A stretch of DNA of 39,466 bases from a bacterium (GTDB lineage Bacteria > Zhuqueibacterota > Zhuqueibacteria > Oceanimicrobiales > Oceanimicrobiaceae): positions 1-39,466 of the forward strand of contig JBHHYI010000017.1 of assembly GCA_046757525.1 (NCBI GenBank), written 5' to 3'. A program made the translations under genes and the position numbers. Below are positions 15,134 to 25,371 of this stretch, piece after piece. Positions within the stretch are counted from its first letter, which is position 1. Every line of letters begins with the position of its first letter. The notes under the pieces are model-generated. The model saw nothing but the letters and a program-made list of their open reading frames with translations. It was not told the origin of the DNA and did no database searches.

Positions 15134-16958
15134 CCGATACCAAAAGTCATTCAAGCGCCGTTTGGTTGGTAGCCGAAAATTGTGGCGCAAGTTCTCCAAA
15201 TACTTTGAGTTTAAGTTCACTGGCCGGTGGATGTTTTACAGTTTCTTAATTGGAATTGTGTCCGGCTTAGGTGGTATTCTGTTTATTTACCTGCAGGGTT
15301 GGATTCAAACGATTTCGCTGCAGAATCTTGCAGGCTATTTGCCGCCGCTGCCTGGCGGTGAAGGACTGTCGAACACCGAGTTCTCGCTGCCCCTGCACCG
15401 TTGGTGGATTCTGGTGATTCCGGTGGTTGGGGGCCTGATTTCTGGCATTCTGGTTTACACCTGGGCGCCAGAAGCAGAGGGGCACGGCACCGATGGCGTG
15501 ATTAAGGCTTTTCACCACGGGCGTGGGGTTATTCGAGCCCGCGTGCCGATAATCAAGACTTTGGCTTCGGCGGTAACCATTGGCACCGGAGGCAGCGCGG
15601 GACGCGAAGGTCCTATCGCCCAGATTGGGGCAGGGTTCGGCTCTCTTCTGGCCACCAAGCTAAAACTCTCCGATGCAGACCGCCGTATTATGGTGGTGTC
15701 GGGTATGGCAGGAGGCATCGGCAGCATATTCCGTTCGCCTATCGGCGGCGCCATGTTTGCCGTTGAGGCGCTCTACCGGGATGACATGGAAACCGAGGGT
15801 CTGGTGCCAGCCATCACTTCTTCGATCATTGCTTATTCGGTTTTAGCCTCGGTTATTGGCTGGAAGACTATTTTTTTGACGGGCAAATATGTATTTCAGA
15901 ATCCGTTGGAATTGGTGTTTTACGCAATATTTGGTTTAGCCTGCGCGTTGATCGGAATCTTTTACGTGAAGTTCTTCTACGGCCTTCAGGAAAAATTCTT
16001 TCAGCCGCTTCGAATCCCCAGGCATCTCAAACCAGCTTTGGGCGGGTTGCTGGTGGGCATGGTCGGCTTCTTCATGCCGCAAATCCTGGCTTCGGGGTAC
16101 GGTTGGGTGCAAATGGCCATCGACGGCAAACTGACGATCACCCTGATGTTGTCCGCCGCCATCTTAAAAGTCTTTGTGACCTCCTTTACTATCAGCTCCG
16201 GTGGCAGCGGCGGTATTTTTGCGCCTTCCTTATTTATGGGAGCTATGCTTGGCGGAGCCTTCGGAAGCCTGGCGCATAACTTGTTCCCGCAAATTATTTC
16301 TCAGCCTTCGGCCTTTGTTCTGGTGGGCATGGCTGCTTTTTTCGCTGGTGCGGCCAACGTTCCCGTTTCAGTAACCATCTTGATTACTGAGATGACAGGC
16401 AGTTACGGGCTTTTGGTCCCGCTGATATTCACTTCGACCATTGCTTATTTCATTGCCAAGAAATGGAGCATCTACAGCCAGCAAGTCAAGAACCGGGCCG
16501 AATCGCCTGCCCATCGAGGCGATTTGATCGTCGATATTTTGAAGGAGATTCCCATTCACGTTGCCTACAAAGCCAATTCCAACATGCCCAAAATCCCCAA
16601 CAATTGGCCGGTTCAGAAGATCCTGCCGCTCTTTTCCGACTACCCCGAAGACTCCTTTCCCGTAGTCGACCAGGACGGAAAGATCACCGGCTTGCTGACC
16701 ATGGACACCCTGCGGGCTGTCATTGGTGACCAGGGCGTCGACAACCTGATCGTTGCGGAAGATATTAAGTCGCAATTTGTGACCGTTACCCCAAATGAGA
16801 ATCTAAATGAAGCGTTGTTTAAATTTCTAAAAACCAAATACGCTGTTCTGCCTGTGGTAGACGAACAGGATCCAAACAAGGTTCTGGGAACGTTGAGTTA
16901 CCGGGACCTGATAACGGCCTATGACGACGCTCTGATAAAATGGAACCTGGAGAGTTGA
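15123..16958 (+). CDS. ClC-family chloride channel/antiporter with C-terminal CBS pair
   Basis: GHGTD, GSAGREGP and GGSGGIFAPS; multiple TM helices; FPVVD and LPVVD CBS motifs; start uncertain. Confidence 0.93.
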   Translation: MLNNRYQKSFKRRLVGSRKLWRKFSKYFEFKFTGRWMFYSFLIGIVSGLGGILFIYLQGWIQTISLQNLAGYLPPLPGGEGLSNTEFSLPLHRWWILVIPVVGGLISGILVYTWAPEAEGHGTDGVIKAFHHGRGVIRARVPIIKTLASAVTIGTGGSAGREGPIAQIGAGFGSLLATKLKLSDADRRIMVVSGMAGGIGSIFRSPIGGAMFAVEALYRDDMETEGLVPAITSSIIAYSVLASVIGWKTIFLTGKYVFQNPLELVFYAIFGLACALIGIFYVKFFYGLQEKFFQPLRIPRHLKPALGGLLVGMVGFFMPQILASGYGWVQMAIDGKLTITLMLSAAILKVFVTSFTISSGGSGGIFAPSLFMGAMLGGAFGSLAHNLFPQIISQPSAFVLVGMAAFFAGAANVPVSVTILITEMTGSYGLLVPLIFTSTIAYFIAKKWSIYSQQVKNRAESPAHRGDLIVDILKEIPIHVAYKANSNMPKIPNNWPVQKILPLFSDYPEDSFPVVDQDGKITGLLTMDTLRAVIGDQGVDNLIVAEDIKSQFVTVTPNENLNEALFKFLKTKYAVLPVVDEQDPNKVLGTLSYRDLITAYDDALIKWNLES

Positions 16959-16970
16959 CGGCGTCTTTTA

Positions 16971-17236
16971 GGAAACGCTCCTTTGAAGCGGAATCATAGC
17001 TCTTTTTCTTAAGCCCAAAGGGAGTCGTCCTGAGTAGTCCCGACCGCTTTTTGGTCGGGACGTATCGAAGGGCGACGCCCGTCACCCCTCGATACGGTCA
17101 CCTGAACAGCGGTGACCTACTCGGGATGACTCGCGCAGTGCTTTCAGGAAACGCTCCGTTATACGTAACGCAATCGTCGAGATTGCGAAGGCGTTTCCAG
17201 CATTTAAAGCAATCCGGCAGTTGCCGGATTGCGAGG
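16971..17236. repeat. Dispersed structured repeat, copy 2
   Basis: Matches 6380-6638; GGAAACGC 16971-16978 and GCGTTTCC 17191-17198. Confidence 0.9.
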
Positions 17237-17407
17237 GCATTTTTTTCATGTAATAGCACCCAAAGCGTGCACACTGGTTCTAAGAAACGTTCTCATTTTC
17301 AAAGGCAGAATAATTTTTCGGCAAAATAATTAAAAGCTCCGCCCATTATGCCCTTAATTCAGCAGCAAAAGCTTTTCCTGAATTAACAAATCTTGGAGTC
17401 GTGTAAA

Positions 17408-18202
17408 ATGAAATATCTCGTTTATATCGCTGTCAATCTTTTTTTTGTGTTTGCAAGCTACGTACCCGGGAGTGGATTTGGCACCACCCCTGGTGCGTAT
17501 CATCAAGCCCAGGAGAAATCGTCCGATTCTGCTCAAGCAAAAAAGATCTTGCAAAGCGCCATTGCGGCGATGGGAGGGCTGGAGAAGGTCGGCAAGATCA
17601 GAAGCTTCAGAATCAAAACGCAGAACACATTGTCGTTGACCCAAAAAGACCTTCTGCTCATCGTCACGGAAACCGTTCTCCTGCCGGACAGGACCAAACA
17701 GGTCATGGAATTGCCCGCCGGGGTACGCACCCAGGTGTTGAACGGTAACCGGGGTTGGCGCCAGATTGGCGGCAGCGTGAGCGACCTTTCTGCTACCGAA
17801 CAGAGAGAAATGCAGCGTGGCCTGTTTCGGGATACCATCCACTTGTACCAGATGGGTGAAGCAGGCCAGCTCAAGCTCGAATATTATGGCGAAGAGGTCC
17901 TGGGCGGCAAGAGGCTTTTGGTGCTGCACATTTCAACGGACCGGGGCGATTATTTGAACCTTTATATCGATTCCCAGACCTTTCTGCCGGCTAAAAAAAC
18001 TTATCAGGGTTCTGTGGAAGTTGGATTGGCTACGCTGGAGGAAAGCTATTCTGACTATCGCGACGTGGACGGGATTAAAGTTCCGTTTCATACGTTGGTA
18101 AAAGCCAACGGCAAGAAGTTCATCGAATCCAAGGTGATTGAAGCGAATTTCAATGTCAAGATCGCCCCAGAATTCTTTCTGAAAAGCTACGCTAAACCCT
18201 GA
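17408..18202 (+). CDS. Secreted LolA-like/outer-membrane-sorting-fold hypothetical protein
   Basis: Signal peptide; ILQSAIAAMGGLEK N-terminus; LYIDSQTFLP and YSDYRDVDGIKVPF C-terminal motifs. Confidence 0.7.
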   Translation: MKYLVYIAVNLFFVFASYVPGSGFGTTPGAYHQAQEKSSDSAQAKKILQSAIAAMGGLEKVGKIRSFRIKTQNTLSLTQKDLLLIVTETVLLPDRTKQVMELPAGVRTQVLNGNRGWRQIGGSVSDLSATEQREMQRGLFRDTIHLYQMGEAGQLKLEYYGEEVLGGKRLLVLHISTDRGDYLNLYIDSQTFLPAKKTYQGSVEVGLATLEESYSDYRDVDGIKVPFHTLVKANGKKFIESKVIEANFNVKIAPEFFLKSYAKP

Positions 18203-18274
18203 GGTGCAAGCGCTCCAGCGGGAGGACGGGGATGGCGACCCTTCCAAAGCAGAGCTCAGTTATTTGCGGCAAGC

Positions 18275-18604
18275 TTATTTGGCAGGCTCGATGATCGCTG
18301 ACATGGAGCCTCGACAATGGGGAATTCTCCAGTCCGGTCCGTAGGCATGAATCTGGTCGCGCTTCAATTCGGCCCGTTCTTTTGTGGTCGTATCGACGAT
18401 GACGCGTCCGGCCGAATCAACCTCGCAAGCCATGAGAAAGGCCTTCTCGCGACTGTGGCGGAAAATCTGGATGAGCATTTCGATGACGTAATCGTAGGTG
18501 TGGTCGTCGTCGTCCAGGAGGATGACATGAAATTGGGGAATTCGTAACGGCTTTTTTCTTTTCTTGCTCTTCTTTTCTACTTCTACTGTTGGTATGGTTT
18601 CCAT
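18275..18604 (-). CDS. clpS: ATP-dependent Clp protease adaptor ClpS
   Basis: FHVILLDDDDHTYDYVIEML, EVDSAG and MSAIIEP; ATG 18604 preferred. Confidence 0.9.
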   Translation of the reverse strand: METIPTVEVEKKSKKRKKPLRIPQFHVILLDDDDHTYDYVIEMLIQIFRHSREKAFLMACEVDSAGRVIVDTTTKERAELKRDQIHAYGPDWRIPHCRGSMSAIIEPAK

Positions 18605-18795
18605 AAGCTCTACAAAATCCAACAAAATGGTGCCAGCCTAACCCTATCCCTTTTCGCAAACGAAATATAGTTTCCAATTCGTTGAAAGTCAAGGGCAATC
18701 TTGCTGGCGGCGAAAAAGTCCCGTCGAGTTTCCCACAGAGAGCTGCTTGCTGGTGGGTTGGCCGAAAATAAGATTTTGAAATACACAATTTTTGC

Positions 18796-18824
18796 TTGAC
18801 TTTTAGACGATTTATCCATAAAAT
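18796..18824 (+). promoter_or_regulatory. Sigma70-type promoter for rhomboid-amidase operon
   Basis: TTGACT, 17 nt, TAAAAT. Confidence 0.6.
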
Positions 18825-19085
18825 AAATTACGACAATTTAGGATTTTGGAGTAGTATCGTGTAATTTGAACTGGTATTTTAGAATGTAATCCTGCCTGTC
18901 GATACCACAGAAAGAGACCTCTTAAAATTGTGTCTTATTGTTCCGCAAATTGTCTGCCAATTGGGTAATAGTTTTACTAAAAAATAAATCGAGAAATGAG
19001 GAATGTACAAATAAATCTGTTGGTTTTTAGATAAGAACCTGTAAAACCAACGGCAGCGGTCTTATTTCTAAATCTTGAAGCAAAT

Positions 19086-19949
19086 ATGGGATATTATCCA
19101 GGAAACTATAGATTCGGTTTTGGGGGGGGACTTACCAAGGCCATCAAATACTTGCTCATCATAAACACCTCGGTCTTCCTGCTGCAACACCTGGTACAAA
19201 TGTTTGTTCCTGGCGATCCCCTGGCCCAACCGTTGCTGATCAAATTGTTTGGCATGCATCCCAAGTGGGTGTACTCCAAGTTACAAATCTGGCAGCCCTT
19301 TACCTACATGTTTTTGCACGGTCAGGGCAACATTTGGCATCTGCTGTTTAACATGCTGGTGCTCTGGATGTTTGGCTGTGAGGTTGAGCGTGCTCTGGGA
19401 ACCAAAGAATTTTGGAAATACTACATAATATGTGGGATTGGCGCCGGTCTGTTTTATCTTCTTCTGAACCTCAATTCTGAAACCCCGGTGGTTGGCGCCT
19501 CCGGTGCGATTTATGGCGTGATGATCGCTTTCGCGATCCTGTTCCCCAATCGTGTGATTACGTTGCTGTTATTCCTCATCTTGCCCATTCAAATCCGCGC
19601 CAAATACCTGGTCGCTATTTTTGCCGGCATTTCTTTGTTCTTGGGATTTTATTCGAGCGATGGCGTTGCTCATTTCGCCCATCTCGGCGGTCTGGTCGTC
19701 GGGTTTGTCTACCTGAAGATGGATTGGCGATGGGATTATCTCGGCCAATGGGTTCGCAAACAGAGAGAAACGCGACACATGATTCAACACGTAAAAAAAC
19801 GCCAGGCTATTCAACGCATTCGGGAACGGGTTGACCAGATTTTAGATAAAATCAATGAAGTCGGCTACGACAATCTAACAGAAGAAGAGAAGAGCATTTT
19901 AAAGGAAGCAAGCCACTTACTGAGTCAAGAGAAAGAGAAGGAGAACTAA
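19086..19949 (+). CDS. Rhomboid intramembrane serine protease with C-terminal DUF6576-like tail
   Basis: WQPFTYMFLH, HLLFNM, GASG, AHLGG; C-terminal VDQILDKINEVGYDNLTEEEK. Confidence 0.93.
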   Translation: MGYYPGNYRFGFGGGLTKAIKYLLIINTSVFLLQHLVQMFVPGDPLAQPLLIKLFGMHPKWVYSKLQIWQPFTYMFLHGQGNIWHLLFNMLVLWMFGCEVERALGTKEFWKYYIICGIGAGLFYLLLNLNSETPVVGASGAIYGVMIAFAILFPNRVITLLLFLILPIQIRAKYLVAIFAGISLFLGFYSSDGVAHFAHLGGLVVGFVYLKMDWRWDYLGQWVRKQRETRHMIQHVKKRQAIQRIRERVDQILDKINEVGYDNLTEEEKSILKEASHLLSQEKEKEN

Positions 19950-19964
19950 TATTGGGAATCTAAG

Positions 19965-21482
19965 ATGAGGGACCAATCACGGAGGTGGCATTCTAATCAC
20001 ATTTGTTTAATCTGTTCTTTCTTTATTCTCTGGTTGTTGGTTGCGATTCCCCTGGAAGCCCGTGCGCAAAAATCAGGCTGGGAAAGAAAAATCACAGCGA
20101 GAGCGCACAAAACCGTAGGGGATTTTTATTATGTGACCCTCAATGACGTCGCAGACGTCCTCCATGCCCGCACTTTCTTTAGTAGCAAAGCGAGAAAAGC
20201 CATCCTTTATTTAGGGGAGGAGAAGGTAACCGTTACCGCGTTCAGCCCCTTTGTGCTCATCGGCCACAAAGTCGTGCAGATGCCGCTGGGTGTAAAATAT
20301 GATGACGGCGATTTCCTGGTTCCAGTTAAATATTTCTTACCGGTTTTGAAACAGATTCTCCTCACCAGCGACGGGCTGGTCGACCAGGGAAGCCTGGATG
20401 TGCCTATCGCCGCCGTGAATCTACTTGGCGTCTACGTGGAAGGAAAAAGCAACGGCATCTTGATTCGGGTTTCTACCAACAAGGTGTTCGACAAGTCGAG
20501 CATCAGCACAAGATACAGTCGCAATTGGCTCTATTTGGACATTCTCAACGGGAAAATCGACGTCAAGAATTTTCCGGCCCGGTACGATAAGAAACTGGTC
20601 AAAGAATTCGTTCCGCTGCAATTGGATCAACTGGCGCAGTTGGCTTTTCACTTCAGGAAAGATGTTTCCGGCCTGAATTTAGAGCTTACCCAGCATCCCA
20701 ACGAAATCTGGATTTCTATCCCCACCAACGATCGACTTTCGCCTGAGTTTTTGGAGAAGCTTCGGGCGGACCGGGAAAAGTGGCGTATCGACAAAATCAT
20801 CATCGATCCGGGACATGGTGGGCAGGATCCGGGCGCTATTGGTCCCAGCGGAGTCTATGAAAAAGATGTGGTCTTAGCCATTGCCCGGCAGCTCAAGAAG
20901 CTGATCGAGAAGAAGCTAAGAATCAAAGTCGTTATGACCAGGGACTCCGACAAGTTCATCCCGTTAAAAGAACGGACAAAGTTAGCCAACAAAGAACAGG
21001 GCAAGTTGTTCATCAGCATTCACGCCAATTCCAATCGCAGTTCCAGAGTTGGGGGGACTACCACCTATTTTCTTGGACTGGCAAGATCGGAAGAAGCCTT
21101 GGAAATCGCACAACGGGAAAACGCAGTAATCAAGTACGAAAACGACCGGGGTGGGTATGCCCACTTGACGGACGAAAGTTTCATTTTAGCTTCCATGGTA
21201 CAGAACGACTACAACAAAGAGAGCCAGGACCTGGCCGCCATTGTCCAGAGTGAAATAGACCAGCGCACGAAATTCAAGAATCGGGGCGTCAAACAAGCTG
21301 GATTTTATGTGCTGGTGGGCGCTTCTATGCCCAATATCCTCGTCGAAACCGCTTTTATCTCCAACAGGAAGGAAGAAAGACTCCTCAAATCCCGTTCCTA
21401 CCAAAAAAAAATCGCTGAAGCCATCTACCAGAGCATCAAGACTTTCAAAGAAAAATATGAGTGGGTATTGACTGAGAAGTAA
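19965..21482 (+). CDS. N-acetylmuramoyl-L-alanine amidase (Amidase_3, AmiA/AmiC-like)
   Basis: IIDPGHGGQDPGA, EKDVVL, FISIHANS, QAGFYVL and MPNILVETAFISN. Confidence 0.95.
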   Translation: MRDQSRRWHSNHICLICSFFILWLLVAIPLEARAQKSGWERKITARAHKTVGDFYYVTLNDVADVLHARTFFSSKARKAILYLGEEKVTVTAFSPFVLIGHKVVQMPLGVKYDDGDFLVPVKYFLPVLKQILLTSDGLVDQGSLDVPIAAVNLLGVYVEGKSNGILIRVSTNKVFDKSSISTRYSRNWLYLDILNGKIDVKNFPARYDKKLVKEFVPLQLDQLAQLAFHFRKDVSGLNLELTQHPNEIWISIPTNDRLSPEFLEKLRADREKWRIDKIIIDPGHGGQDPGAIGPSGVYEKDVVLAIARQLKKLIEKKLRIKVVMTRDSDKFIPLKERTKLANKEQGKLFISIHANSNRSSRVGGTTTYFLGLARSEEALEIAQRENAVIKYENDRGGYAHLTDESFILASMVQNDYNKESQDLAAIVQSEIDQRTKFKNRGVKQAGFYVLVGASMPNILVETAFISNRKEERLLKSRSYQKKIAEAIYQSIKTFKEKYEWVLTEK

Positions 21483-21506
21483 AACTGCCCCCCTGATCAT
21501 ACTGTC

Positions 21507-21582
21507 CATGTCACCCCTAACGGGGTTTTCTCGATGACGAATGGATGAATTGCTATAAACATGTCACCGCTACGCGGTTTTC
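21507..21582. repeat. Pair of short REP-like hairpin repeats
   Basis: CATGTCACCCCTAACGGGGTTTTC 21507-21530 and CATGTCACCGCTACGCGGTTTTC 21560-21582. Confidence 0.7.
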
Positions 21583-21663
21583 CCGCTCCTCTGCAAAGAA
21601 AATGTTGACAAAAGAGAACGCAACCCCCCTGAGGGCTTGCATGTTTATAGTTGCTCACAGGAG

Positions 21664-24600
21664 CTACCCCCGGTACAGGCGCTTAATGCGATAAATTACC
21701 ACAACCACAAAAGCGAGCATGGCAACCACGGCCAGGCTTGCCCAATAATTGAGTTTTTTCGCTTGAATTCTTATTGGCTCAGGATTGCCTATCAAGACGT
21801 ATCGGCCCCAGTAATAAGGATTGCGGGAATGGGTGCTCATAAAATCCAACTTTGCCTGCTGCAACGCTGCACTTTTGCTTAAGCCTGATTTCAAGTATTG
21901 GTAAAACCCGCTCAACAGTTGGGCGGTTTTGGAATCGTGGATATTCCAGAGGTCGGTTAGCACGCTTTTTGCGCCGGCGTACAAAAATCCGTGAACAAGC
22001 GCGTGCAGAGCCTCTCGATCCGTTGTTAGCCCCGGTTCCACATTGCAATTGCTCAGACCGACCACATCGGCGTTGAGCTGAAGGCCAAAGATTTCATAGG
22101 TGTTTAAATAGCTTTCCGCTCCTTTGGAGAAAGGAAAAAATAGTTTGGAGAAAAGCGGCTGACGGTCATCTAATAAAACGGGCAGTGCCAGGTGCACGAT
22201 TTGAAAGTGAGAAAGGGCCTGAAACAGCGGCTTCCTGGCTGCATAGCTCTCGGTGTCGGTGGCGATGTCCAGGCTATTACACGACTCTGCCACTTCGCCT
22301 AATTCTTCGGCCATAAACCTCGGATCGTTGTTTTGCGCCTGCGCTTCGGTGTAGCCATCTGACTGCTTGTTGCTGGAGAACGGACGCACAAATTTCACGG
22401 CTTCTTTGGCATCCCATTTCGAATTAGCTAAAGCCAAAAAGGTGCGGTCGGGGCGCTGCCTGTCTTGAAAATCCTGAACCAGCCAGGTGGCATTGGGCAG
22501 GTAGGCGAATTGAAAATCTTGTACTAAGAATCTTGCCTGGAGGTAATCAAAATTGGCCGATTGGGCCTGGTAGTTTTTCACCAGACATTCGAAGGGCAAG
22601 AAATTCAAAACGTCGTTGGTGGATATCAGTATCAGGCTTTGCTCGGGCAACCACTTTTCAATCGGCTTGAACAGGATTTGGTAGAGTTTGCCCAGCACCT
22701 CTAACGGAATTTCGGTGTAAGCAGAGTCGCCAGAGTTGGCATGGTTAAGTGCCCTTGGAGAATACATGGGGTGCAATGGTTCACACAGTTGCTGCAAGTC
22801 AGCTTTGTTGATATCGAGATTTGAATAGAACACTGAGTCCGGTCTAATCACCAAAGCGCTGGTGGAATTTTCACCGACCAGGTAATAAACCAGCGAGCCA
22901 TGTAATGCTTTTAGTTTGCTGTTGACTTCCTTCAGCGGGGCCGCGTGTGGGTCGATGAGCCCGAATTCTTTTGGGTAAGCTTTTGCATTGGTCAATTCAA
23001 GCGCCTCCAGCCGGTAGAGCGACTCATTCAGTTCGTCTTTGATTCTTTGAATGGATTGGGGATCATCGGCCGTCTTGCTGTGCCAGGCTTCGGACAGTTC
23101 CAGGCGCTTGTCCAGAATCTGTCTGGTCAAGTTGTGCAGGCGCCATTTTAAGGAGTCGGGCATGGCCGATTGGGGATTGAATTGAATGGCGGACAGACTG
23201 TGGATTTCTTTCTTGAACTTGATATTTTCACAGATTTCGTAGACACGGGCGAGATTGCCGCTTTTCGCATAGGCCTGGATAGCTGGAAAAAAGAAGTCTT
23301 CTTTGAGGTCAAAGAAGACCGAAGCCGGGTCTTGCAAATACAGATTTCCAATTTTCGTCAAGTAATTCAAGGTTGAATCCGCCTGGGCCTCGGCCAAATC
23401 CGGCCGGTTCGCTTTTAAGTAGGTTCTCGTGAGTCCGGCCTTGCCGGCTAAAAGGGCAAGGTAGGTCGCCGTTTCTTTTCCCAGATTCACGGCATTCAAA
23501 AACAACGTTTCTGCGTCCTCGAAATTGTTTTCAAGCAAGGCAATGTTGCCCTGCATCCAACGGTGGTTGGCCGAATATTGAATCTTTACGGTCTCCATAG
23601 CCAAAAAGTCGGCCAGGTGAAGATAATACTGCGCCTTCTCCAAATCAGGAACCGGTTTCAAATACAAATGGGCCAACTTGAGAAAGCAGTGCTCCACGAG
23701 ATCGTAGTCGCGGCTTTTTTGGCCAAAGCGGACGACTTTTTCGTAGTTTTGTCTGGCCTTTTCCAGTTCCCCCGCCGCTGCTTCGACTTCCCCCAGGTTA
23801 AATACCGCCTCGTATTCCAAAGGCGTTAGCTTTTGCCCTTGTGAAATTTTAAGACTTTGCTTGAGATAAGCTAATGCTTTGTCCCACAGTTGTAATTTCA
23901 TGTATTGGCGGCCTATTCCCAAGTTAGCTCTCGCGACCGCGGAACCATCTTTAGCACCAGTGGCTATTTTGGCGGACTGCTCGTAGTATTGAATGGCTCG
24001 ACTTCGATCTCCCAACCGTCCCCAGGCAAATGCGAGGTCCTGGTAGAAATGAATCAAGGCGTTCTGGTCTTCCAGTTCGCGCGCGATTTGAATGCCATCG
24101 CCACAAAATTCGATGGTCTTGGCATGGTATTCGTTGCGCAAATAGAAGTCAGCCAGCAGGCGATAGATGGTAATCAGTTGCAATTGGTCCCCGATTTCCT
24201 GGCCAGTTGCACGTGCCTGATCGAAATAAGCTTTGGCAGAATCCAGGTTGACAGACTGGTAATACCGGGCCAGCTCAAGTTCAACGCGCACCCGGGCGTT
24301 GGGATTGAAGGAGGGTGCGAGTTTCAGAGACGTGTCCAGGTAGGCATGCCTTTTTTGGGAGTCGTGCAGCTTTTTAGCAACCAGACCCAACCAGTAAGCG
24401 CTGTACCAATTCTGTTTTCTATTCTTCACATATTTTAGAAGACTGGCCCTGGCTCTTTTGAAATGCTTCGTCCGAAATTGCCGGATGGCAGAGCCCAGGA
24501 GATACAGATGACTTTGCGCCTTGTTTTTTTTGAGAGTACGAAAAATCGCGCCAAGTCGTCCCTCCTGTTTGCTGTTGAACGCGGCTTCGACCAGCAGGTC

Positions 24601-25131
24601 CAGCACCTCAGGCTCAGTGAGGCCCCTGGCCAACGCGGTCACGCAATGGTCAAACGCTGCTGGCCAATCCCTGGACCCTCTGGCCATCAAAGCCAGCGCG
24701 AAATGAAAGTTGGGATTGCCCGGAAATCGTTCCGTAGCTTCCTGCAAGTATTTTTGGCCAGCCTTCGTTTTCCTGGCATAACCATAAAACTCGGTGAGCC
24801 GCACGTAGGCAAGGGTGAACGAAGAGTCCTCAGCAATTTGCTGCTTGAGCAATTCAAGGGATGCTTCATATTGATGGCGGCCCGCGAGTTGCAAAGCCTG
24901 GCGGTAGTGTTGGGTGTTGGCCGCGAAGGAATAGAGTGGGGGGCAGACGCTCAAGACAGTCATGCCAATACATGCGCTCGTCTTCAGCAGGTTTTTCTTG
25001 GCTAAAGCTAAGAAGTAAGAGAGCATTTCGATGCGAGAAAGGCAAACGGCACGACTTGCAGTCAGCAAACCATGAATAGGAGATTTCTCCAGCACGGTGA
25101 ACAAAACCAGATTCAGACCAGACATTTTCAT
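21664..25131 (-). CDS. TPR-repeat CHAT-domain protein with C-terminal TM anchor
   Basis: Multiple TPRs; LYQILFKPI, LPFECL, LNADVVGLSNC, GFLYAGAKSVL..LW and NPYYWGRYVLIG; hydrophobic C-terminus; start uncertain. Confidence 0.88.
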   Translation of the reverse strand: MKMSGLNLVLFTVLEKSPIHGLLTASRAVCLSRIEMLSYFLALAKKNLLKTSACIGMTVLSVCPPLYSFAANTQHYRQALQLAGRHQYEASLELLKQQIAEDSSFTLAYVRLTEFYGYARKTKAGQKYLQEATERFPGNPNFHFALALMARGSRDWPAAFDHCVTALARGLTEPEVLDLLVEAAFNSKQEGRLGAIFRTLKKNKAQSHLYLLGSAIRQFRTKHFKRARASLLKYVKNRKQNWYSAYWLGLVAKKLHDSQKRHAYLDTSLKLAPSFNPNARVRVELELARYYQSVNLDSAKAYFDQARATGQEIGDQLQLITIYRLLADFYLRNEYHAKTIEFCGDGIQIARELEDQNALIHFYQDLAFAWGRLGDRSRAIQYYEQSAKIATGAKDGSAVARANLGIGRQYMKLQLWDKALAYLKQSLKISQGQKLTPLEYEAVFNLGEVEAAAGELEKARQNYEKVVRFGQKSRDYDLVEHCFLKLAHLYLKPVPDLEKAQYYLHLADFLAMETVKIQYSANHRWMQGNIALLENNFEDAETLFLNAVNLGKETATYLALLAGKAGLTRTYLKANRPDLAEAQADSTLNYLTKIGNLYLQDPASVFFDLKEDFFFPAIQAYAKSGNLARVYEICENIKFKKEIHSLSAIQFNPQSAMPDSLKWRLHNLTRQILDKRLELSEAWHSKTADDPQSIQRIKDELNESLYRLEALELTNAKAYPKEFGLIDPHAAPLKEVNSKLKALHGSLVYYLVGENSTSALVIRPDSVFYSNLDINKADLQQLCEPLHPMYSPRALNHANSGDSAYTEIPLEVLGKLYQILFKPIEKWLPEQSLILISTNDVLNFLPFECLVKNYQAQSANFDYLQARFLVQDFQFAYLPNATWLVQDFQDRQRPDRTFLALANSKWDAKEAVKFVRPFSSNKQSDGYTEAQAQNNDPRFMAEELGEVAESCNSLDIATDTESYAARKPLFQALSHFQIVHLALPVLLDDRQPLFSKLFFPFSKGAESYLNTYEIFGLQLNADVVGLSNCNVEPGLTTDREALHALVHGFLYAGAKSVLTDLWNIHDSKTAQLLSGFYQYLKSGLSKSAALQQAKLDFMSTHSRNPYYWGRYVLIGNPEPIRIQAKKLNYWASLAVVAMLAFVVVVIYRIKRLYRG

Positions 25132-25269
25132 CTAAACGGTCACAACAGGAACCCTTCTACACTCACACGGGACCAGCACAAGGCGGTAGTCACTTTTTCA
25201 TCCATGCTGCAAAATTTGTCATCCGCCCCAACTTTCAGTCGTTATTGAGGGCTAAATTTAGTGATTTCA

Positions 25270-25344
25270 AATATAACAATTTTTGCAGTAGCTGTCAACA
25301 CCTGAATAAAATCGCTTGCAAATATTCATTAAATCCATTATATT
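25270..25344. promoter_or_regulatory. Divergent sigma70-type promoters
   Basis: Minus: TTGACA (25298-25293), 17 nt, TATATT (25275-25270). Plus: TTGCAA 25316-25321, 17 nt, TATATT 25339-25344. Confidence 0.7.
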
Positions 25345-25371
25345 TCCCCCGCTAATTAAAGCGCTAAACTT

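Noticed and set aside
17354..17386. TTAATTCAG..CTGAATTAA inverted repeat as an operator
   Set aside because: Single AT-rich instance with no regulator nearby
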